Source of the DNA: Fibrobacteria bacterium
GTDB lineage: Bacteria > Fibrobacterota > Fibrobacteria > UBA11236
Length of the DNA: 64,000 bases
Direction: 5' to 3'
NCBI GenBank assembly: GCA_017881725.1
Contig: JADGQO010000107.1
Span: 8,456-72,455, forward strand
Shown: one piece after another, positions 28,059 to 37,908 of the stretch
How the letters are laid out: every line of letters starts with the position of its first letter
Numbering within the stretch: position 1 is the first letter of the stretch
Program-made: the position numbers and the translations under genes
The notes under the pieces: generated by a model
What the model saw: only the letters and a program-made list of their open reading frames with translations
What the model was told of the DNA's origin: nothing
The model's database searches: none

Positions 28059-28523
28059 TTACTTGGTCAAATCCACGATGCGCCCATCCTCGGTTTTCAC
28101 CGGGCCGTAGTATTCCGGATCCTTATCCATTTCGTCCCGAATTGCCAAGAAGCAATTCGTGATTTGCCGTTCCAAATGCTTTTCGTCGCGCGTTTCCCAG
28201 TATCCGCCTTCATCCTGGATCAGGAACTCGCTTAACTTCTTTTTCACCTGCTCGAACAAGCTGATCATTTTCTTATGGACGTCTATCGGAGCGAACTGGG
28301 TTTTACAATGGTCGCTGAAGAACCCCTCCGGAGTGATGTTGAAAATCATGGGCTCACAGAATTCATGGGGGTGGATTTCAAAATAGGCCACATTATTTTC
28401 ACGCGATTCCAGATCGGAAATCATCCATCCGAATTCCCTGGAGATGAGCGCCGCATAGATATAAAATTCCTTGGTCCGTATTTTTGGATTCACCCTGCCG
28501 CGAAAATGGATGGTTATTCCCAT
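28059..28523 (-). CDS. Hypothetical cytoplasmic protein (AT-richer orphan)
   Basis: Clean ORF with ATG 28523 (MGITIHFRG...). Visibly more AT-rich than its neighbours. No family recognised. Confidence 0.55.
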   Translation of the reverse strand: MGITIHFRGRVNPKIRTKEFYIYAALISREFGWMISDLESRENNVAYFEIHPHEFCEPMIFNITPEGFFSDHCKTQFAPIDVHKKMISLFEQVKKKLSEFLIQDEGGYWETRDEKHLERQITNCFLAIRDEMDKDPEYYGPVKTEDGRIVDLTK

Positions 28524-28691
28524 ATTTTCCCTCCGGGATATTTGCGCCGTCCCAGTTGATTTTCCCATATTTTTGGACGAATTTCCAACTTCTCGGTAAG
28601 GGCCCGGGGCGAGGTCCGCGGCTGGCTAGGCGAAGTTGGTTAAAATCGGGGTAACCTGCAGGTTGCGGCATAAATCCTATCTTTCCCCCCC

Positions 28692-31256
28692 ATGCCCAAG
28701 CCGACCCGAAGTCCGGAATTATTAGCCCCTGTTGGGAATATGGATATGTGCCGGGCCGCGGTCCATAATGGCGCGGACGCGATTTATGTCGGCTATCCCG
28801 GATTCAACGCCCGTGGGCGCACGGTCGATCACGATTGGGAATCCCTGGCGGATATGGTGGCGTTCTGCCGCAGCCATGGCGTGAAGGTTTTCCTGGCCTT
28901 GAACGTGTTGATATTCGAAAAAGAATTGCCCACCCTTTTGGATTCACTGCCCAAAGCCCTGGCATTGGGCGCGGACGCGTTCATCGTCCAAGACTTGGGA
29001 TTGGCGCGAATGCTCAAATTCCTTTGCCCGGAACAAGTTCTTCATGCCTCCACCCAAATGACGGTCACCAATCATGAGGCGATAGCCTTGACACGGGATT
29101 TGGACCTGGCCCGTTATGTTTTGGGGCGCGAAGTGTCCGTAGCGGAAATGGCCATAATTCGCGCGGCAACCGAAAAAGAGCTGGAAGTATTCGTGCATGG
29201 CGCGCTATGCGTAGCCTATTCCGGCCAATGCCTGACCAGCGAAGGCTTCGGCGGACGCTCGGCCAATCGCGGACAATGCGCCCAATCCTGCCGCATGGAA
29301 TACGATTTAATCGTCGATGACCAGGTCCGGGATTTACAGGGTGGCCGCCATCTGGTTTCTCCCAAGGATTTATGCGGATTGGAGGACTTGCCGAAGTTGA
29401 TTGAACTGGGCATCGATTCCTTCAAGATCGAAGGCCGATTGAAAACTCCGCAGTATGTGGCGGCATCCGCAGCGGCATACAGCCGGGCCATTCACGAACA
29501 GGAAAATGGGGAATCGCATCCGAATCCCTCTGCGCGGGACTTAGCGAGGGATGAATTGCAAATCACCTACTCGCGCGGGTTCTTCAATGGGTGGCTCGGT
29601 GGCGTCGATCACCAGAAATTGGTGGACGGCCGGTTCGGGTCGCATCGGGGATTGGAAATCGGCACGGTGTTGCGGAAAACCGCGGATGGCCTCCGGGTTG
29701 ATTCCGGTCGCGATATTATTCCCGGCGACGGACTTTTATTCGTCGCCTACGGCGGCCACGAATCGTTTTGGGGTGGCCGGGTGTTCAGTGCACGGCGCCT
29801 CGGCGCCGACGAATGGGAGCTCAGCTTCGACAACCAATTTCCAACGTCCGCAATTCCTGATGGCGCTACGATATACCTCAATGACTCCCCCACCCTGGAA
29901 CGTCGGATTACACGGAGCTATACCGATAAATCCCTGTGGAAAACACTTCCCCTGGGTTTAACGGCTCACGGCAAGGACGGCGAACCCTTGAACTTGGTTT
30001 ACACTGACAGAGAGAATCGCGTGGAAGTCCTATCCCAAGCGCTTCTCCAGGCGGCCCGGAATCCCGCCACGGCCCTCACGTCCGATCGATTGATGCTCGA
30101 AGCCGGCGCCCTGAGCGGCTCGGGCTATGCGCTGTCGTCCTCTGATTTCCAGGTGGATCCAGGTCTTTTCCTGTCCGATCGGGAAATCCGAAAAATGCGC
30201 CAAGCGGCGGTCGCAACTCTGCAAGCGCGACGCACGCTGGCCAAGCCCCGCGCCCAGCGAACGCCCGAGGACGCGCTCGCCTGGTTGGCCATGCAACAAG
30301 GGCTAACGTTGGATTCCGCGCCTGGAATGGACACGCCGCCAACCCTGAATGTCTTAATCCGGGAACGGGATTCCCTCGCCCACCTGGAAGGCCTGCCTAT
30401 CGGCACCGTCTATCTGGACTTTGAACATGGCAAGGATTATAAACCCGCGGTGGCGGCCGTCCGCGCGATGGGTTTCCAGGCCGGAATCGCCACCACTCGC
30501 ATTCTGAAGCCTTCCGAGTATCACAACCTCAAGGTCATTTGCGCGTTACGTCCGGATTCCGTGCTCGTGCGCAATCTTGGGGCCCTGCATTATCTGCAAG
30601 GACAAGGTCTTCGCCTATGCGGGGATTTCAGCCTCAATGCCGCCAATTCCCTGACGGCCCGTTACCTATTGGACAAAGGCTTGGAGTCCCTGTGCCCGGC
30701 CTATGATCTTAATCAATGGCAATTGTGGGATCTGCTCGACGGCCTCGGCGCGTCTGGCGTGAGCGCGCCCGGGGCGGGCGGGCCCGGGGCGGGCGGGCCC
30801 GGGGCGGGTGCCATGGAAATCACGGTGCACCAATACCTGCCCAGCTTCCATATGGAACATTGCGTATTCGCTGCCTTCCTAAGCACAGGTTCCACCTACC
30901 ACGATTGCGGAAAGCCCTGCGAAAGCCATCGTGTGGAATTGCGCGACCATACGGGAGCGCGTCACCCGCTCAAAGCGGATCAAGAATGCCGCAACACCAT
31001 GTTCAACGGCAAGCCGCAAAGCGCTGCGAGGCTTGTGCCCGGCCTTCTTGCGCGCGGAGTCCGGCGTTTCCGATTGGAAGCGCTTTACGAGGACAGGGAA
31101 ACCCTGCGTACGAAAATCCTGGCCTATGCGGGTTTGCTGAAAGGAGAAAACGATTCAGATGCCGTTCTGGACCAGATGGGCGTGGTGGAAAAGTACGGCG
31201 TGATGGAAGGCCAATTGCGCAGCACCATTCAACATGTGAACCGGAAAAAAACTTAG
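28692..31256 (+). CDS. Peptidase U32 family protein (long, double-module form)
   Basis: PELLAPVGNMDMCRAAVHNGADAIYVG, ELEVFVHGALCVAYSGQCL, second U32-like module and a C-terminal barrel. Confidence 0.85.
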   Translation: MPKPTRSPELLAPVGNMDMCRAAVHNGADAIYVGYPGFNARGRTVDHDWESLADMVAFCRSHGVKVFLALNVLIFEKELPTLLDSLPKALALGADAFIVQDLGLARMLKFLCPEQVLHASTQMTVTNHEAIALTRDLDLARYVLGREVSVAEMAIIRAATEKELEVFVHGALCVAYSGQCLTSEGFGGRSANRGQCAQSCRMEYDLIVDDQVRDLQGGRHLVSPKDLCGLEDLPKLIELGIDSFKIEGRLKTPQYVAASAAAYSRAIHEQENGESHPNPSARDLARDELQITYSRGFFNGWLGGVDHQKLVDGRFGSHRGLEIGTVLRKTADGLRVDSGRDIIPGDGLLFVAYGGHESFWGGRVFSARRLGADEWELSFDNQFPTSAIPDGATIYLNDSPTLERRITRSYTDKSLWKTLPLGLTAHGKDGEPLNLVYTDRENRVEVLSQALLQAARNPATALTSDRLMLEAGALSGSGYALSSSDFQVDPGLFLSDREIRKMRQAAVATLQARRTLAKPRAQRTPEDALAWLAMQQGLTLDSAPGMDTPPTLNVLIRERDSLAHLEGLPIGTVYLDFEHGKDYKPAVAAVRAMGFQAGIATTRILKPSEYHNLKVICALRPDSVLVRNLGALHYLQGQGLRLCGDFSLNAANSLTARYLLDKGLESLCPAYDLNQWQLWDLLDGLGASGVSAPGAGGPGAGGPGAGAMEITVHQYLPSFHMEHCVFAAFLSTGSTYHDCGKPCESHRVELRDHTGARHPLKADQECRNTMFNGKPQSAARLVPGLLARGVRRFRLEALYEDRETLRTKILAYAGLLKGENDSDAVLDQMGVVEKYGVMEGQLRSTIQHVNRKKT
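30767..30808 (+). repeat. 15-bp tandem repeat (about 2.8 copies), G-run rich, inside the U32 gene
   Basis: GCCCGGGGCGGGCGG repeated. Encodes APGAGGPGAGGPGAGA. Contains at least four G3-4 runs with 1-3 nt spacers. Confidence 0.85.
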
Positions 31257-31344
31257 ACCGGAAAACTTAGGCCGGATGCACGGCGATAAATGACCACCTG
31301 GTTGACCCGGCAAGACGAGGCCTCGCGCCTACCCTGAACCAGGT

Positions 31345-32307
31345 TCATTTCTCCATCTTGTCGAGATTGAGCATGACGCCGTTCGAGTTTCCCAGCATAT
31401 AGGTCGGAAGAGTTCCGTTCCATTTCGCGATCCATTCGAGCTGGATGATTTTCGGGTTGGAGGAAATCGCCTGCCCTTTGATTTTCAAGGCCTCGGATTC
31501 TCCCTGCGCCTTCTGAATCGCGATGTTTTTTTCGATGGACGACTGCTTGAGTTGCTCTTCCTTTTGTTTAGTCACTTCCACTAGACGCAACGCTTCTTGT
31601 TCCGCGAGCTTCTTGTTGTTGATGGCCTTCTCGTATTCCTCATTGTAAAACACTTCCCGAATGTCCACTTGCTCGAGGATGATATGGTACAGGCCCAACT
31701 CCGCTCCCAGTTTTTTAAAAACCGCATCTTGAATTCCCTGGCGCTTGCTGGAGTAAACTTCAATCGGCGTATAGTCGCTCACAGTTAAAGCCAAAGCCGA
31801 TTTGGTTTTGGCCCGGATGATGTTTTGCTCGATCCATATGTAACGGCTTTCGCCGTGGCCGTCGCTTTCGGAAACGTTCTGATAAATCCAAGGCGCGTAA
31901 TCCGGATCGATGCGCCAGGAGATGGAAAGATCGAGGCCCATCTTGATTCCATCCTTGGTAGGCGTCCAAACCGCGTCCTCGCCTTTGACCTGGCCCTCGT
32001 CCTTTTTGTTCGAAAAGGTGTACACCCACACGGTACGATCCATGGTGAATACGCTGTTCCACGGAGCGACGAAATGCCAACCAGTTTTCAGCGGTTCCGG
32101 CGATAAGCCGCGCGGGGTGATCAGCACGCCGACATCCTGGGCGCCTATTTTGGTGATAACCCCGACCAGGACGAAAACCAAAATGGAGAGCAAGCCGACG
32201 GGAACGCCGATGGGCAAGCGCACGCGATATTGGGCGACTTTGGAGGCAATGGCGGCGAACGAATAAACGATGCCGAGTACGGCGATGAATTTGATCAGTT
32301 CCAACAT
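31345..32307 (-). CDS. SPFH/band-7 (prohibitin/HflC-like) membrane protein
   Basis: N-terminal TM, SPFH core, coiled-coil KLAEQEALRLVEVTKQKEEQLKQ. AAGGAG SD. Confidence 0.85.
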   Translation of the reverse strand: MLELIKFIAVLGIVYSFAAIASKVAQYRVRLPIGVPVGLLSILVFVLVGVITKIGAQDVGVLITPRGLSPEPLKTGWHFVAPWNSVFTMDRTVWVYTFSNKKDEGQVKGEDAVWTPTKDGIKMGLDLSISWRIDPDYAPWIYQNVSESDGHGESRYIWIEQNIIRAKTKSALALTVSDYTPIEVYSSKRQGIQDAVFKKLGAELGLYHIILEQVDIREVFYNEEYEKAINNKKLAEQEALRLVEVTKQKEEQLKQSSIEKNIAIQKAQGESEALKIKGQAISSNPKIIQLEWIAKWNGTLPTYMLGNSNGVMLNLDKMEK

Positions 32308-32327
32308 TAGGGCTCCTTAAATTTGAA

Positions 32328-32774
32328 CTACTCGTTTTTCAATTTAATGAAAACAGCGGAGGTATAATCATCGACAGGAGCGGTTTTCAAATCGGCGAAG
32401 GGGGCATAAACGTCTTCCTCCCCGGCTCCGGAATTTTCGCGCCGGTAGGCGATGGTCAACTTAAGCCTGGCCAAGGGAATCAAGGAATTCGGAGACATGA
32501 CGAATAATTTTTCCTTGGCGAAATCGAAAGTCATGATCTTGACGCATTCCCTTCCGTCCTCGGGAATATCCTCTCCCAATCCATTCCGTGAGAGCTCAGC
32601 GAAAGTCACGGCCCGGCCTCCCTGGGAATAGCCCAGCACGGCTTTGATGCCGTATTTATGGACCGAATCCAGGATTTCCTCGTTGATATCGGCGATATCC
32701 GTCGGGGCATCCCCCTCAAAGGCCAATTTAAAACTCAACGGCGAAGCCGAAATAATTCCGTTACTTGGGGTCAT
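32328..32774 (-). CDS. Hypothetical soluble beta-rich protein, co-operonic with the SPFH gene
   Basis: Its ATG overlaps the upstream small-ORF stop (ATGA). 20 nt upstream of the SPFH gene. No family recognised. Confidence 0.65.
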   Translation of the reverse strand: MTPSNGIISASPLSFKLAFEGDAPTDIADINEEILDSVHKYGIKAVLGYSQGGRAVTFAELSRNGLGEDIPEDGRECVKIMTFDFAKEKLFVMSPNSLIPLARLKLTIAYRRENSGAGEEDVYAPFADLKTAPVDDYTSAVFIKLKNE

Positions 32775-32932
32775 GCCGGTCTCCCTTTGCGCTGATCTTC
32801 CTCATTAAATTTCAGCAGACGGCCTATTTCCGATAAGACCGCTTTTGCCTCCCGCCAATCCCACGAATGGCACAGTAACAAAGAGGTTACGGGGATAAAG
32901 CAAATCCCGCCTACGACAGACGACGATTTCAT
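32771..32932 (-). CDS. Small membrane-anchored protein (53 aa), first gene of the SPFH operon
   Basis: ATG 32932 with AAGGA upstream. Hydrophobic SSSVVGGICFIPVTSLLLC. Stop overlaps the next start (ATGA). Confidence 0.45.
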   Translation of the reverse strand: MKSSSVVGGICFIPVTSLLLCHSWDWREAKAVLSEIGRLLKFNEEDQRKGRPA

Positions 32933-33043
32933 GAAATTCGAATCCTTTGAGAAGCACCCATGGGACAAAAATAGTAGCGCGGCCTGAATCTGGCTTTTGG
33001 CATCGGGACTGGATTGCAGTAGGATCGAAACAAGACGCCAAAC

Positions 33044-33068
33044 AAAAACCCCCGCAAGACTACGGGGG
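33044..33068 (-). terminator. Rho-independent terminator after nrdB
   Basis: CCCCCG(U)-AGUCUU-(G)CGGGGG hairpin followed by U5 on the minus strand. Confidence 0.8.
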
Positions 33069-33074
33069 CGGCTT

Positions 33075-34382
33075 TTAGTCCCAGTTCAATGCGCCGCCGG
33101 TTTGGTATTCGGTGACGCGGGTTTCGAAGAAATTCTTTTCCTTTTTCAGGTCCAAAATTTCACTCATCCACGGGAATGGGTTGCTCGCGCCATAGACCTT
33201 GGGCAAACCGATTTTCTCCAAACGGCGATCGGCGACGTATTGGACATAATCCTCGAACATGCCGGCATTCAACCCCAAGATTCCCCGGGGCATGGTGTCC
33301 TTGGCGTAGGCGATTTCCAATTCCACCGCCTTGCGAATCAATTCAACCGATTTTTCCTTCACGGCCGGGGTCCACAAATCCGGGTTTTCGATTTTAATCT
33401 GGTTGATCACGTCGATGCCGAAATTCATGTGCATGGTTTCGTCGCGCAGGATGTATTGGAATTGCTCACCGGAACCGGGCAGACGGTTTTGCCTTTGGAA
33501 AGAGAGCATCATGACGAAGCCGCTGTAAAAGAAAATGCCTTCCATGATCACGTAGTAACCGATCAGGTTTTCCAGAAATGTTTGCGCGCCCTGAAAGCTT
33601 TCGGTTTCGAAGTCGGGACGGAGCATTTCGCGGGTCAGAGAAATTTCGAACGCATCCTTGCCGTGAATGGAATTCACTTCGTGGTACATGTTGAAAATTT
33701 CCGCTTCGTCCAATCCCAACGATTCGATGATGTATTGGTAGGCATGCGTATGCAAAGCCTCCTCGAAGGACTGGCGCAGCATGTATTGGCGGCATTCCGG
33801 ATTGGTGATATGCCGATACGCGGCCAGTACGATATTGTTCGCGACCAGGGAATCGGCCGTGGAGAAGAAACCCATGTTGCGCTTGACGATACGGCGTTCG
33901 TCGTCCGTCAACTCGTTCGATTTCCACAATTCAATGTCGCGGGACATATTGATTTCCTGCGGCATCCAATGGTTGGCGCAAGCGTCCAAATATTTTTGCC
34001 AGGCCCATTGATATTTGATGGGAACCAATTGATTCAGATCGGCGCGGCAATTGATAATGCGCTTTTCGTCCACCTTGACGCGCGCGGTGGATTCTCCGAA
34101 CAAGGACTCCAGCTTGGCCGTGCCGTTCAGCGAGGCTGCGGCCACGCGCAAAGCCGCTTGGGCGGCAGTTTCCCGCGCCGGACCGGCGCCATTCAGCCGG
34201 AGTTGCGGAATACCGGACGCGGTTTTCAGAGGCTCTGCCGCAGGCGTCGCGTCCGCTGCGGGCGGTGCGGGCGCGCGCGCCGGATCTGCAGGGGCTTGCG
34301 CGGTGACCGTAGTGGTCCCAACATTTCCGAAAACTGAAGGACCGGGGGCCGACTCTTTTTCATCATCCCAAGTTATTGACAT
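33075..34382 (-). CDS. nrdB: Ribonucleotide reductase class Ia beta subunit with an Ala/Pro-rich N-terminal extension
   Basis: [27 protein letters not shown] and RDETMHMNF di-iron/tyrosyl motifs. ATG 34382 overlaps the nrdA 3' end by 10 nt. Confidence 0.95.
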   Translation of the reverse strand: MSITWDDEKESAPGPSVFGNVGTTTVTAQAPADPARAPAPPAADATPAAEPLKTASGIPQLRLNGAGPARETAAQAALRVAAASLNGTAKLESLFGESTARVKVDEKRIINCRADLNQLVPIKYQWAWQKYLDACANHWMPQEINMSRDIELWKSNELTDDERRIVKRNMGFFSTADSLVANNIVLAAYRHITNPECRQYMLRQSFEEALHTHAYQYIIESLGLDEAEIFNMYHEVNSIHGKDAFEISLTREMLRPDFETESFQGAQTFLENLIGYYVIMEGIFFYSGFVMMLSFQRQNRLPGSGEQFQYILRDETMHMNFGIDVINQIKIENPDLWTPAVKEKSVELIRKAVELEIAYAKDTMPRGILGLNAGMFEDYVQYVADRRLEKIGLPKVYGASNPFPWMSEILDLKKEKNFFETRVTEYQTGGALNWD

Positions 34383-37354
34383 GCTTCGCACTCCTCGCCA
34401 TTTAAAATTGAACAAGCGGCTTTAGCTGCCGCCGATTCCGCCGCGCGATCCAAGTTGGAACCGCCATTATCCATTGGTTCCTTCACGATGCTGTTCTTGA
34501 TGGCCTTTCCAGCCACTTGATCGACCGCCGACTTTCCGCTGGGCGCGCCGTCCGTGGGTCCGGCCAACACATCCACCGGAGACACCGCGTTCACGCCCCG
34601 GGTTTTATCCAAGGTCGATTTCTCGGCATTGGTCGCACCGAGCGAACGCAAATAGTAGGTCGTCTTGAGGCCGGCCTGCCAGGCCAGCTTATACATGGTG
34701 TCCAGCTTCTTGCCGCTGGGTTGGGCCATGTACAAGTTCAGCGATTGGCCCATGTCGATCCACTTTTGCCGTTTCATGGCGCAAGCGATCAACCATTTCG
34801 GTTCGATGTCGAAAGCGGTCAGGAATATTCTTTTCACTTCATCCGGGATGCGCTTGATTTCCGCCAGCTCGCCGTCGAAATATTTAAGGTCGTCCACCAT
34901 GGCCTTGTCCCACAAGCCGAGCTTCTTGAGCTTCTCAACCAGGTAGGTGTTGATGATGGTGAACTCACCCGACAAATTGCTCTTCACGTAGAGGTTTTTG
35001 TAGGTGGGTTCGATGGATTGCGAAACGCCGATGATATTGGAAATCGTCGCCGTAGGAGCGATGGCCATGCAATTGGAATTGCGCATGCCCCAGAGCTTGA
35101 TATGCTCGCGCACGGGCGCCCAATCCTTGTTGCAACGCGTGTCCATCATAACCGGTTCACCGCGCTCAGCCGCCATGATTTCCACGGTGTCGATGGGCAA
35201 TAGGCCCTTGGACCAGGATGATCCCTGGTAAGAAGGATAGGTACCGCGCTCCTTGGCCAGTTTGGACGAGGCCAGGATGGAATAGTAGGAGATGATTTCC
35301 ATGGATTTGTCGGCAAATTCCACCGCGGCGTCGGAAGAGTAGGCGATGCCGAGCTCATACAGCGCATCCTGGAAGCCCATGATGCCGAGGCCCACGGGAC
35401 GATGGCGCAAGTTGGAGTTCCGGGCTTGGACCACGGGGTAATAATTCAAATCAATGACGTTATCCAACATGCGCATGGCGATGATGACGGTTTCTTCCAT
35501 CATCTTTTCGTCCAAGCGGCCGTTGACGATATGGTTGAGAAGGTTGATGGATCCCAGGTTGCACACGGCGATTTCCGCTTCGCTGGTGTTGAGCAGGATT
35601 TCCGTGCACAGGTTGGACGAATGCACCACGCCGGCATGCCGTTGGGGCGAGCGCACGTTGGATGGATCCTTGAAGGTCATCCACGGATGTCCGGTTTCGA
35701 ACACCATGGTCAACATCTTGCGCCACAGGGTCACGGCGTTCATTTTTTTGAAGGTCTTGATGCGGCCTTGGCGCGCTTCCTCTTCGTAATGCTTATAGCG
35801 CTTCTCGAATGCCTGGCCGTACAAATCGTGCAGGTCCGGAACTTCATTGGGGCTGAACAAAGTCCATTCCCCATCCTGGTTGACGCGCTTCATGAATAAA
35901 TCCGGAATCCAATTAGCCGAGTTCATGTCATGCGTCCGCCGGCGATCATCGCCCGTGTTCTTACGCAATTCCAGGAATTCCTCGATGTCCATGTGCCACG
36001 TTTCCAGATAGGCGCACATCGCGCCCTTGCGGCGACCGCCCTGGTTCACGGCCACGGCGGTGTCGTTGGCTACCTTCAGGAAGGGAATTACGCCCTGGCT
36101 TTTGCCGTTGGTACCCTTGATATGGGCGCCCAGGCCACGCACGTTGGACCAATCATTGCCCAAACCGCCGGCGAATTTCGACAACATGGCGTCGTCGCGA
36201 ATGGCGCCGAAAATACCGTTGAGATCGTCCGGCACCGTGGTCAAGTAACAGGATGACATTTGCGAATGCAAAGTACCGGAATTGAACAGGGTCGGCGTCG
36301 AGCTGGTGAACCGGAACGAGGACAGTACTTCGTAGAACTCGATGGCGCGGCCTTCACGATCCACCTCATTCAGCGCCAAACCCATGGCGACGCGCATCCA
36401 AAAGGCCTGCAACAATTCGATGGTGCGGCCCTCGGCCAGATGCACGAAATAGCGGTCCACCAGGGTTTTCAAACCCAGATAGGTGATACCCAGATCCCTG
36501 TCGGGTTTGAGCGCCTTGCCCATGCGGTCGAGATCGAATTCAAGCAGGCGTTTATCCAATAATTGTTCGCTAACGCCCAAGTTTACATATTCACCGAAAT
36601 AGGTCGCGTAGCGTAATTTCATTTGCGCCTGGGTCAGGCGTTCGCCCAAAACCTCGTCGCGAATATCGTCCATCAGAATGCGGGCGGTCACGAAACTCCA
36701 AGCCGGATCCTCTTCAATATGCTGGCACGCCACCATGACCATGGCCTTGGATACGTCCTTTTCCGGAATGCCCGGATAAAGATTCGCCAACGCTTCCTTC
36801 AGGATGCGATCTTCCGGAACCACATCGGTATACCCGACGCATGCTTCCTGGATTACGGTGGTGAGCCTGTTGCGATTGAGGGGAACGACCTTTCCCTGCG
36901 CATCGGTTACGGTATAATCAATCGCCGGTGCCGGTGCGGAAACCGGAGGGACTCCGGATTTCGACGCCTCGCGCAAGCGCGCGCGCTCCTCGCGGTACAG
37001 CACATAGCGTTTCGCCACTTCGGGACGGCCGACGCGCATCAAGGCCAGCTCCACTTGATCCTGGATATCTTCGATGTGCCAGGTGCCGCCATTGGGACGG
37101 CGTTTTGCCAGCGCTCCGAAAACCAAATCTGCGATGCGTTGCACTTCCTCCATGATCCGGGCGGTCGGAGCGTCCAAACCTTCCTGGGCAAGGAAAGCTT
37201 TGGTGATCGCGGTGACGATTTTCTCGGCCTTAAAACTGACCACACTGCCATTACGGCGTTCCACCATGTATTTGGTCGGAACCAATCCCGTCGTAACCGT
37301 GCCCACTACATCTGCAGTACGCACCGCCTCCTTTTCCGTTATCGTCATGCTCAT
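34373..37354 (-). CDS. nrdA: Ribonucleotide reductase class Ia alpha subunit
   Basis: N-terminal ATP-cone ([20 protein letters not shown]), SNLCTEI active site, C-terminal CxxC-like tail (ECEACQ). ATG 37354 after a GGTGAGGG SD. Confidence 0.95.
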   Translation of the reverse strand: MSMTITEKEAVRTADVVGTVTTGLVPTKYMVERRNGSVVSFKAEKIVTAITKAFLAQEGLDAPTARIMEEVQRIADLVFGALAKRRPNGGTWHIEDIQDQVELALMRVGRPEVAKRYVLYREERARLREASKSGVPPVSAPAPAIDYTVTDAQGKVVPLNRNRLTTVIQEACVGYTDVVPEDRILKEALANLYPGIPEKDVSKAMVMVACQHIEEDPAWSFVTARILMDDIRDEVLGERLTQAQMKLRYATYFGEYVNLGVSEQLLDKRLLEFDLDRMGKALKPDRDLGITYLGLKTLVDRYFVHLAEGRTIELLQAFWMRVAMGLALNEVDREGRAIEFYEVLSSFRFTSSTPTLFNSGTLHSQMSSCYLTTVPDDLNGIFGAIRDDAMLSKFAGGLGNDWSNVRGLGAHIKGTNGKSQGVIPFLKVANDTAVAVNQGGRRKGAMCAYLETWHMDIEEFLELRKNTGDDRRRTHDMNSANWIPDLFMKRVNQDGEWTLFSPNEVPDLHDLYGQAFEKRYKHYEEEARQGRIKTFKKMNAVTLWRKMLTMVFETGHPWMTFKDPSNVRSPQRHAGVVHSSNLCTEILLNTSEAEIAVCNLGSINLLNHIVNGRLDEKMMEETVIIAMRMLDNVIDLNYYPVVQARNSNLRHRPVGLGIMGFQDALYELGIAYSSDAAVEFADKSMEIISYYSILASSKLAKERGTYPSYQGSSWSKGLLPIDTVEIMAAERGEPVMMDTRCNKDWAPVREHIKLWGMRNSNCMAIAPTATISNIIGVSQSIEPTYKNLYVKSNLSGEFTIINTYLVEKLKKLGLWDKAMVDDLKYFDGELAEIKRIPDEVKRIFLTAFDIEPKWLIACAMKRQKWIDMGQSLNLYMAQPSGKKLDTMYKLAWQAGLKTTYYLRSLGATNAEKSTLDKTRGVNAVSPVDVLAGPTDGAPSGKSAVDQVAGKAIKNSIVKEPMDNGGSNLDRAAESAAAKAACSILNGEECEACQ

Positions 37355-37580
37355 CGCAACCCTCACCTTCTTGCTCGCTGCCTAAACGCCCGTCGTCTGT
37401 CCCGTTTTTTATCCCTGTCCAAATTCATTCGCTGAAGAGGACACTTTGCCGTCGCCGTCCTAACGTTCCGACTTTGTCTCGGGTCCGTCCTTCATGAGGT
37501 TTGGATCCCGAGGTTAAAGCCAACCCCAAACCGGCAAAATTGGTATTGGTGCAAAGGATAGTGTTTTTAAAATCACCGAG

Positions 37581-37627
37581 CAACAAAATATTGACATTTT
37601 TTCAAGTTGGACCACAATATATTGTAT
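37581..37627. promoter_or_regulatory. Tandem NrdR boxes upstream of nrdAB
   Basis: CAACAAAATATTGACA (37581-37596) and CCACAATATATTGTAT (37612-37627) against consensus acaCwAtATaTwGtgt. Core matches are 9/10 and 10/10, centres 31 bp apart. Confidence 0.7.
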
Positions 37628-37908
37628 TCCAAGGAAAAACAAGGACTTAGCCTGACCGGGGAAAAATCCGACTAAATGGGCATTGGGGAGTGGAAAAGTG
37701 TAGCTTAAAGATCGGCTTTTTTTGGGGGGGTTTCTTTTCAACAATATTCACATATAAAGAAACCAGAATGGTTTAGCCGACGTCCAATCGGGAATCGGTT
37801 TTCGGGCCGGAAAAAAATCTTCTCCATAATTTATCCACACCACCGGTTTCCAGTCCTTGAGCCGGGCTTCGGAAAAAGTCAGGGACCCATTTTTGTACTT
37901 TTCCCAGT

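Noticed and set aside
32997-34337. 446-aa plus-strand ORF, the same length as nrdB and exactly antisense to it
   Set aside because: This is a shadow ORF. nrdB on the minus strand has unmistakable di-iron RNR motifs. The antisense translation is low-complexity and rich in R, G, H and V, which is typical of the stop-poor antisense frame of a GC-biased gene.
25136-37730. G7/C7 homopolymer tracts in regulatory positions, considered as phase-variation switches: 25136-25142 in the lipoprotein RBS, 28685-28691 just before the U32 ATG, and T7G7 at 37717-37730
   Set aside because: Equal-length runs also occur inside conserved coding sequence (rarA Walker A at 9452-9458, ccsA at 41874-41880). Seven-base G/C runs therefore seem to be background composition here, and there is no evidence of length variation from a single sequence.
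37514-37744. 76-aa minus-strand ORF in the nrdA upstream region
   Set aside because: It overlaps the NrdR boxes and an AT-rich promoter region, has no SD, and its sequence is implausible. It is better explained as non-coding leader or promoter DNA.
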